Origin: Myxococcota bacterium
GTDB lineage: Bacteria; Myxococcota; XYA12-FULL-58-9; JALHOP01
DNA length: 19,512 bases
Reading direction: 5' to 3'
Assembly (NCBI GenBank): GCA_041288095.1
Contig: JBGGMJ010000110.1
Coordinates: forward strand, 1-19,512
Each line of letters opens with the position of its first letter. Within the stretch, counting starts at the first letter, position 1. The position numbers and the translations under genes are program-made. This document shows, one piece after another, positions 1-6,696 of the stretch. The notes under the pieces are model-generated. The model was given only the letters and a program-made list of their open reading frames with translations. It searched no databases and was not told where the DNA came from.

Positions 1-167
1 CCGATAACCGATAGCCGATAGCCGATAGCCGATAGCCGATAGCCGATAGCCGATAGCCGATAGCCGATAGCCGATAGCCGATAGCCGATAGCCGATAGCC
101 GATGGCCGATGGCCGATGGCCGGGGGCCGGGGGCCGGGGGCCGGGGGCCGGGGGCCGGGGGCCGATT
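1..167. repeat. Heptanucleotide tandem repeat with graded unit change
   Basis: Partial CCGATA (1-6), ACCGATA (7-13), 12x GCCGATA (14-97), 3x GCCGATG (98-118), 6x GCCGGGG (119-160), 1x GCCGATT (161-167). Runs off the window start. Confidence 0.97.
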
Positions 168-198
168 CGCGCGCGCCTTCGGCGGGACCGCTGGGGCG

Positions 199-326
199 GT
201 CCAATAAGCCTCGTGCGGCGACCTCCGTCGCGACCTCGGCGTGAGGCCCCGGGCTGACGCCCTCGCAGGGTGCGGGCCTCACGCCGAGGCCGCAACGGAG
301 GTAGGCGAAGCATGAGGTTTTTGGAC
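199..326. repeat. Long imperfect inverted repeat (REP/MITE-like palindrome or structured RNA)
   Basis: Perfect 16-bp core CCTCGGCGTGAGGCCC (234-249) / GGGCCTCACGCCGAGG (274-289). Extends via 221-232 / 291-302 (mismatches 233x290, 229x294) and an outer stem 199-216 / 310-326 with G.U pairs. Confidence 0.85.
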
Positions 327-657
327 ACACTTCGCCGAGGGCTGCGGCAAGGGTGGTGCGCGCGACCGACGCCGATTCTTTGAGCACGCCCGCGGGTCCG
401 CCTACGAGGTCACCGCCATAGCAGACGTCGCGGTCACTCTCGATTTGATAGACCCAACCGCAGCCGCGACGCTACGCGACCAATGCGATCACATCTGCGC
501 GATGCTCGGCCGTTTCCGCTGACTCCAACTCTCACACCCGGCGCCGAACAGGAGCCAACAGCTCGGAGCCGGTACCGGAGGGTTTTGTGCTCGCCACGAA
601 ACCTGAGGAGCGGAAGGCGCAGGAGGGGCGTTAGCCAATCTCGCGAACACCGAACAC

Positions 658-694
658 AAAAAAGGCCCGGGTCACGTCACCGCAACCCGGGCCT
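658..694 (-). terminator. Intrinsic terminator downstream of the DsbA-like gene
   Basis: 10-bp stem AGGCCCGGGT (663-672) / ACCCGGGCCT (685-694), 12-nt loop. A6 at 658-663 gives a U-tract on the minus strand. Lies about 23 nt past the stop at 718. Confidence 0.85.
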
Positions 695-717
695 CTCGTT
701 TCGCTACGCACTAACCC

Positions 718-1497
718 TTAGAGGGTTTTCAGGCCTTTTTGCTCGACCTGCTGCGTGTAGTAGTCCTTCTTGGAGATGCCGCTCTCCTTGGCCTTCTTGA
801 GCTCTTCGTCCACGATGGCTTCGAAAGCCTGGACCGGCTGAGCACCGCTCAGGAAGCGACCGTTGATGAAGAAGGCCGGCGTGCCACGGGCACCCAAGGT
901 GACCATCTGGCGCTGCTCTTCCTCGATGCGGCTCTTGTACTTGTTGCTGGTGTAGCAGGCCTTCCAACGGCCGATGTCGACACCCGACTCCTTCGCGTAC
1001 TTCTCGAGGTCGGCGTCTTCGAGCGCCTTCTGGTTGGTGAACTGGCGCTCGTACACATCCCAGAACTTGCCTTGCTCACGGGCGCACTCGGCCGACATCG
1101 AAGCCGGCATGGCGCGCGGGTGGAAGCTCAGCGGGTTGTTCTTGAAGACGACGCGAATGTCGTTGCCGTACTTCTTCTGTAGCTCGTTGATGGTGGGGAC
1201 GACCTTGCCGCAGAACGGGCATTGGAAGTCCGAGACCTCGACGATGGTCACCCATGCGTCCGAGGGGCCGTGGGCAGCCGAGTCGCCCACCTGCACGGCA
1301 TAGACCTTTTCCGGGTCCGGACCGCGTGGTGCCTGCTGCTGCGGGCCAGCACGACCAGCGCCAGCCGCGATCTTGTCGAGCTTGGCGAGGATCTCTTTGT
1401 CGTTCTTCTTGAGCTCTTCGATTTCACCGCGGGTGACGCAGGCGGTGAGCGCGAGCGCTGCGAGGCCTGTAACTACGCTCTTTGCAAGAAACTTCAT
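718..1497 (-). CDS. DsbA-family (thioredoxin-fold) disulfide oxidoreductase lipoprotein
   Basis: SDFQCPFC active site, GTP cis-Pro loop (GTPAFFING), lipoprotein signal MKFLAKSVVTGLAALALTA-C. Start moved from 1569 to the ATG at 1497, which has GGAGG 9 nt upstream. Confidence 0.9.
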   Translation of the reverse strand: MKFLAKSVVTGLAALALTACVTRGEIEELKKNDKEILAKLDKIAAGAGRAGPQQQAPRGPDPEKVYAVQVGDSAAHGPSDAWVTIVEVSDFQCPFCGKVVPTINELQKKYGNDIRVVFKNNPLSFHPRAMPASMSAECAREQGKFWDVYERQFTNQKALEDADLEKYAKESGVDIGRWKACYTSNKYKSRIEEEQRQMVTLGARGTPAFFINGRFLSGAQPVQAFEAIVDEELKKAKESGISKKDYYTQQVEQKGLKTL

Positions 1498-1663
1498 CCG
1501 AACCATCCTCCGAAAAACGGATTGAAACGCCGCATCCTGTCGCAACGTTCCGATGTGAACGATCGACACGCCGGGTTTATGCCCGCGCGTTGTACGGATG
1601 AACCTGCGGCAAAGGCAAGGGGGTGGGCACGAAGGCTCAACACGTCATAGACTATTGCCACAG

Positions 1664-2230
1664 ATGCGGGTGATTGCCGGCACGGCGGGCGGACGGAGGC
1701 TCGAGGCCCCGAAAGGGATGCTGACACGGCCCACACCCGATCGTGTCCGCGAAGCTTTATTCTCGATCCTTTACGATCGCGCGGTCGACGCCCGCGTCCT
1801 CGACGTGTTCGCCGGCACCGGCGCGCTGGGCATCGAGGCCTTATCGCGTGGCGCCGCATACGCGGTTTTCGTCGAGCAGGACGTACAGACCGCGAACCTC
1901 GTCCGCAAAAACGTACAAGCGTTGGGTTTCGACGACCGCGCCAAAGTCGTGGCGGAGCCCGCCAGCCGCGCCATCGAGGGGCTTGCCCGTGGCGGTGACG
2001 TCTTCGATCTCGCCTTCCTCGACCCGCCTTATGACGACGGCTTGCTCGGGCCCACGATGAAGCTGCTCGACCAGAGTCCGATCATCTCGGTCGGCGCCAT
2101 CGTCGTCTGCGAGCATCGCAGCTCGGATGCGCCACCCGAGCCGCCCCCCTCGTTCGTGTTGGAAGACACTCGCAGCTACGGTGAAGTCGCCTTGAGCTTC
2201 TATTTGCGCGCGAAAGGACACCCCGCATGA
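1664..2230 (+). CDS. rsmD: 16S rRNA (guanine966-N2)-methyltransferase
   Basis: Canonical N-terminus MRVIAG..GRRL..RPT.DRVREALF, SAM motif LDVFAGTGALGIEALSRG, DPPY motif, adjacency to coaD. Start moved to ATG 1664. Confidence 0.95.
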   Translation: MRVIAGTAGGRRLEAPKGMLTRPTPDRVREALFSILYDRAVDARVLDVFAGTGALGIEALSRGAAYAVFVEQDVQTANLVRKNVQALGFDDRAKVVAEPASRAIEGLARGGDVFDLAFLDPPYDDGLLGPTMKLLDQSPIISVGAIVVCEHRSSDAPPEPPPSFVLEDTRSYGEVALSFYLRAKGHPA

Positions 2231-2706
2231 AAACGGTGCTTTACCCCGGCTCGTTCGATCCAGTGACCAACGGCCACATCAATCTCATCCACCGCGGTAT
2301 CGCCATCTTCGAGAACATGATCGTCGCGGTCGCTCACAACGCCCGCAAGACTCCACTCTTCACGCCAGAGGAGCGCATGGCGATGCTGCGCGATGCCATC
2401 GGCGACGAGCCGCGAGTCGAGGTGACCACCTTCGAGGGTCTGCTCGTCGACTACGCTCAGAAACGCCAGGTGACGGCGGTCATGCGCGGCCTGCGCGCCC
2501 TCTCCGACTTCGAGTTCGAGTTCCAGCTTGCCCACATGAACCGACGTCTCGCTCCCCAGATCGAGACCTTTTACATGATGACGGGAGAGGAGCATTTCTA
2601 CGTCTCGAGCAGCTTGATCCGTGAAATTGCTCAGTTCGGCGGCAACCTTGCGGGGTTGGTGCCGGCCAGCGTCGAGAAGGGCCTCAAGGAGCGGTTTCGA
2701 CGCTAA
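2227..2706 (+). CDS. coaD: Phosphopantetheine adenylyltransferase
   Basis: YPGSFDPVTNGH, RGLRALSDFEFE and VSSSLIREIA motifs. ATGA overlap with the rsmD stop. Confidence 0.97.
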   Translation: MKTVLYPGSFDPVTNGHINLIHRGIAIFENMIVAVAHNARKTPLFTPEERMAMLRDAIGDEPRVEVTTFEGLLVDYAQKRQVTAVMRGLRALSDFEFEFQLAHMNRRLAPQIETFYMMTGEEHFYVSSSLIREIAQFGGNLAGLVPASVEKGLKERFRR

Positions 2707-2747
2707 GCGGCGTGCGGCTACCCCGCGCCTGGGCTACGCTTTTGGGA

Positions 2748-3146
2748 ATGTGCCGACGAGGCCGTAGCGCCGCTTTTGCGCTCGTTTCAATAGTGCTGGC
2801 CGGCCTTTCCGCCTGCGGCAAGCCCGAGGTCATTCAGAGCTACCCCGAACAATACGTGGGCGTAGGCATCGAGCTGACCATCGAGGAGCACGTCCCCGTG
2901 GTCGTCCGTACGCTCGCGGGCGGCAGCGCCCAATCGGTCGGCGTCGAGCCCGGCGACAAGCTGCTCGCCATCGATGACAAATCGACCCGTGACGTCTCGC
3001 TCGGCAACGCCGTGATGATGATGCGCGGCGAGGCCGGCAGTCAGGTGCGGCTCACCATCGCGCGCCGCGACCAACAGCTCGTCGTCATCGTCCCGCGACG
3101 GCCGATGATGAAGGGCGAAACCAACGACTATCGCGCGGCCAATTGA
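2748..3146 (+). CDS. Stand-alone PDZ-domain lipoprotein (S41/Ctp-type PDZ)
   Basis: Lipobox LAGLSA-C, then YVGVGIEL...GVEPGDKLLAID...MRGEAGSQVRLTIAR, typical of carboxyl-terminal protease PDZ domains. No protease domain. Start ATG 2748 preferred over GTG 2712. Confidence 0.8.
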   Translation: MCRRGRSAAFALVSIVLAGLSACGKPEVIQSYPEQYVGVGIELTIEEHVPVVVRTLAGGSAQSVGVEPGDKLLAIDDKSTRDVSLGNAVMMMRGEAGSQVRLTIARRDQQLVVIVPRRPMMKGETNDYRAAN

Positions 3147-3238
3147 GAGCCGAGGTTGGGCACTCATCGGGGCGTACGCCATGGCGGACTACCGCCGCGC
3201 GAGTCTCGATGCGGCGAGTGGAGTGATCGCGCCGCGAG

Positions 3239-3796
3239 CTAGTGGACGGCCCCGCTGTGCATCAGCAGTGCCGGGTCGATGCCCATGTGGCGCAGCGCCG
3301 TCTCCCAGATGCGGTCGATCGGCGTCTCGAAGACCAGATTTTCGGTCGCCTGCCCCAAGAGCCAAGCACCGGCGGTGATCTCCTTGGCGAGCTGCCCTGG
3401 TCCCCAACCGGCATAGCCCAGAAAAATCCGCAGCTTCGGCGGCGGTTCCTCGACGATGAGCTTCAAGGACTCGAGCGAATACGAGAGTCGCGTCTCGCCC
3501 ATGACGTCTTCGGTCTCGGGTCCGCGGTGATCCGACGAGTGCAGGATGAAAGCGCGGTCGGTTTGCACTGGTCCGCCCTGGAGGACGAGAGAGCTGCCGT
3601 CGCCGCGGAACTGCATGTTCTGGGTCGAGGCGAACGACTTCAGATCGAGGTTGCCCGGCCGGTTGATGACGAGGCCCATCGAGCCCTGCTCACCGTGCTC
3701 GATGACGAAGACGACCCCACGCGAAAAATTGGGATCCCCTAGTTGAGGCACGGCGATGAGAAACGCCGGCGCCGCGAGCTCAACCTCGATGGACAT
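3239..3796 (-). CDS. yqgE: YqgE/AlgH family protein (DUF179)
   Basis: FLIAVP.L.DPNF, GSMGLVINRP, GGPV and FLGYAGWGPGQL..EI..GAW motifs. Confidence 0.93.
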   Translation of the reverse strand: MSIEVELAAPAFLIAVPQLGDPNFSRGVVFVIEHGEQGSMGLVINRPGNLDLKSFASTQNMQFRGDGSSLVLQGGPVQTDRAFILHSSDHRGPETEDVMGETRLSYSLESLKLIVEEPPPKLRIFLGYAGWGPGQLAKEITAGAWLLGQATENLVFETPIDRIWETALRHMGIDPALLMHSGAVH

Positions 3797-3923
3797 GCCC
3801 GGAAACCATAGCCGTTATTCGCTCGGGAGCAAAACCGAGTTGCCCCCCTGCTTCCAGGGCCCGCCCTTGACTTGCCGGTACACAATCGTGTTCTTGCCCT
3901 GACCACGGGGGATTCCGAATAGC

Positions 3924-5549
3924 ATGCAGTCCACAGCCTACTTCAGCGCCGAGATTGGCTTTTCGACCGACGTTCCAACTTACAGCGGCGGTCTCGGCGT
4001 GCTCGCTGGGGACCACTTGAAGGCCGCGGCGGACGCCGGCTTGCCCCTCGTTGGCGTCACCCTGATGTACCGCGAAGGCTATTTCCGCCAGCACTTAGGT
4101 CACGACGGCTGGCAGACCGAGTCGTACCCCGCGTTCATGCCCTCGCCGTTGCTCAAGCGTTTGCCGCAGCGCGTCGACATTCGCCTCTACAACCGCCGCG
4201 TGAACGTCGACATCTGGACGACCGAAATCACCGGCTTCACCGGCAAGAGGGTGCCGGTCCTGTTGCTCGACACCGACTGCCCAGACAACGCGCCCGAAGA
4301 TCGCAGCATCACCCATCGCCTCTACGGCGGCGACCAAGAGCTCCGTCTCTTGCAGGAGGCCGTGCTCGGCTTCGGTGGCTACAAGGCGGTCAAGCTCGTG
4401 CATCCGCAGATCGAGCGCCTCCACCTGAACGAGGGCCACACTGCTTTCGCGCCACTCGCCATGCACATGGCCGGCGTCGATCTCGATCATGTCCGCCATG
4501 TCAGTCACTTCACGACGCACACCCCGGTGCCCGCGGGTCACGACGTCTTCATGTACGAGATGGCGGAGCGGGTGCTCGGCGACGGCATGCCGAAGAACAT
4601 TCGCGACTTCGCCGGCCACGATGCACTGCGCATGTCGGAGCTCGCGCTCAGCATGTGCGGCACCGCCAACGGCGTCTCGAAGCTCCACGGTGAAGTAACG
4701 CGCGAGATGTTTCCGAACCGCACGGTCGGACACGTCACCAACGGCGTTCACCATCTCACGTGGGTGGCCGAGCCGATGGCAGAGCTCTTCGACAAGGAGC
4801 TGCCCGGCTGGCGTGGCGATCCGCGCGTCCTGAAGCAGGCCGGCGAGCTGTCGACGGAAGGGCTGCTGCACGCGCACAAGAAGCGCAAGCGCCAGCTCCT
4901 CACCTACGCCAACTCCCACAACAACCTGGGCTTCGCCGACTCGATCCTCACCATCGGCTTCGCGCGCCGAGCCGCGGCGTACAAGCGCGCGACGCTGTTG
5001 TTCCGCGACATCGATCGCTTGACCCGTCTCGCCGGCGGCCGCGTGCAGTTCCTGTTCGCCGGCAAGGCGCATCCGCGTGACGAGGCGGGCCACCGCATCA
5101 TTCAGGCGGTCGTGCAGGCGGGTCACAACCTCGGCGGGAAGGTCCGCGTGGGATACCTCGTCAACTACACCATGTGGACCGGCGCGCTCATCACCAGCGG
5201 CGTCGACGTCTGGCTCAATACGCCATTGCGGCCATACGAAGCGTCCGGCACGAGCGGCATGAAGTCGGCGTTGAACGGAATTCCCTCGGCTTCTATCGCG
5301 GACGGCTGGTGGGCCGAGGCCGCGCGCGACGGCGAGAATGGTTGGCTCATCGGTGACGCCAACAATCCAGATGACGCCGCCGACGCCGAGTCGCTCTACA
5401 CGACGCTCGAAGAGAAGATCATCCCGACGTATTACGAGCGCCGCGAGCAATGGGCGCAGGTCATGAAGCAGGCCATCGTCACGGGGGCCGATTTCACGGC
5501 GGCGCGCATGATCGGCGACTATCGCCAGCAGTATTACGACAAGGGCTGA
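3924..5549 (+). CDS. glgP: Alpha-glucan (glycogen/maltodextrin) phosphorylase, short form
   Basis: AYFSAE, YSGGLGVLAGDHLK, LYGGD, HLNEGH, FTTHTPVPAGHD, TNGVH, FAGKAHP, PLP-lysine motif EASGTSGMK, DGWW. Confidence 0.95.
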   Translation: MQSTAYFSAEIGFSTDVPTYSGGLGVLAGDHLKAAADAGLPLVGVTLMYREGYFRQHLGHDGWQTESYPAFMPSPLLKRLPQRVDIRLYNRRVNVDIWTTEITGFTGKRVPVLLLDTDCPDNAPEDRSITHRLYGGDQELRLLQEAVLGFGGYKAVKLVHPQIERLHLNEGHTAFAPLAMHMAGVDLDHVRHVSHFTTHTPVPAGHDVFMYEMAERVLGDGMPKNIRDFAGHDALRMSELALSMCGTANGVSKLHGEVTREMFPNRTVGHVTNGVHHLTWVAEPMAELFDKELPGWRGDPRVLKQAGELSTEGLLHAHKKRKRQLLTYANSHNNLGFADSILTIGFARRAAAYKRATLLFRDIDRLTRLAGGRVQFLFAGKAHPRDEAGHRIIQAVVQAGHNLGGKVRVGYLVNYTMWTGALITSGVDVWLNTPLRPYEASGTSGMKSALNGIPSASIADGWWAEAARDGENGWLIGDANNPDDAADAESLYTTLEEKIIPTYYERREQWAQVMKQAIVTGADFTAARMIGDYRQQYYDKG

Positions 5550-5619
5550 AAAACCTCGGGTTTGAATGCCCGGCCCCGAGGGTGCGTCCAAACGGGTGCC
5601 CCTCACGGTCGGAAGCCCA

Positions 5620-6654
5620 ATGCGCTTGTGGCTGCTGCTCGCTACCTCGCTGCTTTGTGCCACGCCTGCCTGGGCGGGGAAGGTGCGCAACGCGGCAAAC
5701 GCGGCCCGCGGTGGCGGCACCGGCGGCGGTCGCGCGAACCCGCCTCCGAGCGGCCGTCCCGCCGACACCAGCTACTCATCGTCGAGCGACGGCGCCGACA
5801 CCTTCTATGGGCTGCTCGTGTGGAGCGCGCTGCGCATCCCAATTCTCATCCCGCAGCTCGCCCTCGAGTCGCGCGGCCCCCTGCCTTTCGTCTACGAGCC
5901 GAAGCCCTACGCCCGCCGCGCCAAGGGTATCGTCCGCAGTCACAAGCTGCTCACTGAAGGCGATCAGCTGACACTCGTCGCCGCCGACACCTACGACATG
6001 AGCGATGGTCCGCCGGACGAGCGCGCCTGGATGCCGGGTGAAACAGTGTACGAAGGGGGAACCGACGACGCGTTGGATGAAGTCATCGAGGTCGCGCCGC
6101 CACCTCCGCCACCGCCGAGCGACGACTGGGCAACCGGCGGACAAAGCTGGGCGGCGCAGGCCTCGCTCGACGGCGCGAGTATCGACGGCAACACCCTGCG
6201 CCTGCGGCCACGCTTCAGATTGTTCACGCCCTCGCGCTTCGAGCTCGACGCCGAGTCCTCCATCTACCGTGAAGAGTTGGGTGCCCGCGACCGCATCGAG
6301 CTCGACCGCGACGTCGATTGGATGACCGTGAGCACGATGCACGCGGCCATCCGTTTCGCGCAGAGCCAAGCGGTCCAGTTCCGCATCGGGATCGGGCCGC
6401 GCCTCATGACGACGCCTGACGCCGCCTTCATGGGCTGGGATTTGAGCTACGGCTTCGAAGCTTTCCCCTTCCGACCGGTCATCCTCGCGGGCAGCGCCAG
6501 CATGGGCACCGTCGGCCAAGCGTTCGTCACGGAGCTGCGCGGGTCGGTCGGCTTCGTCGTCAGCGCCGTCGAGATCATGGTCGGCGGCGAGCGCCTGCAG
6601 ATTGGCGACACCGTGCTCGCGGGGCCAACCGCGGGTGTGCGCGTCTGGTTCTAG
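5620..6654 (+). CDS. Secreted hypothetical protein, putative outer-membrane beta-barrel
   Basis: Signal peptide MRLWLLLATSLLCATPAWA from ATG 5620, Gly/Ser linker, Pro7 run. C-terminal half has alternating hydrophobic strands and ends in AGVRVWF. Confidence 0.65.
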   Translation: MRLWLLLATSLLCATPAWAGKVRNAANAARGGGTGGGRANPPPSGRPADTSYSSSSDGADTFYGLLVWSALRIPILIPQLALESRGPLPFVYEPKPYARRAKGIVRSHKLLTEGDQLTLVAADTYDMSDGPPDERAWMPGETVYEGGTDDALDEVIEVAPPPPPPPSDDWATGGQSWAAQASLDGASIDGNTLRLRPRFRLFTPSRFELDAESSIYREELGARDRIELDRDVDWMTVSTMHAAIRFAQSQAVQFRIGIGPRLMTTPDAAFMGWDLSYGFEAFPFRPVILAGSASMGTVGQAFVTELRGSVGFVVSAVEIMVGGERLQIGDTVLAGPTAGVRVWF

Positions 6655-6696
6655 CCTTGACGGATTGCGGCGAGCCGCGTCAGTTGTTTTGCCACG

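Noticed and set aside
1..167. CRISPR array
   Set aside because: Contiguous 7-bp units with no spacers, and no cas genes in the window.
538..572. SRP RNA, tRNA or c-di-GMP riboswitch identity for the intergenic stems
   Set aside because: No SRP GGAA-tetraloop domain IV motif, cloverleaf/T-loop or GEMM consensus was recognisable.
483..800. 105-aa ORF in the left intergenic region
   Set aside because: Arg/Pro/Ser-rich with no motif; it runs through the terminator and overlaps the DsbA-like gene antisense.
2227..2706. coaD as part of the PKS/PPTase system
   Set aside because: rsmD-coaD is a widespread housekeeping pair, lying more than 11 kb away with unrelated genes in between.
3867..3895. 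Sigma70 promoter for glgP from TTGACT (likewise TTGACG at 6657-6662)
   Set aside because: Good -35 hexamers but no convincing -10 at 16-18 nt spacing.
4095..5768. 557-aa antisense ORF over glgP (also 8759-10102, 10458-11987, 13267-14304, 14495-16207, 17971-19026)
   Set aside because: These mirror well-supported genes on the opposite strand and show no recognisable motifs. Such shadow ORFs are expected at high GC.
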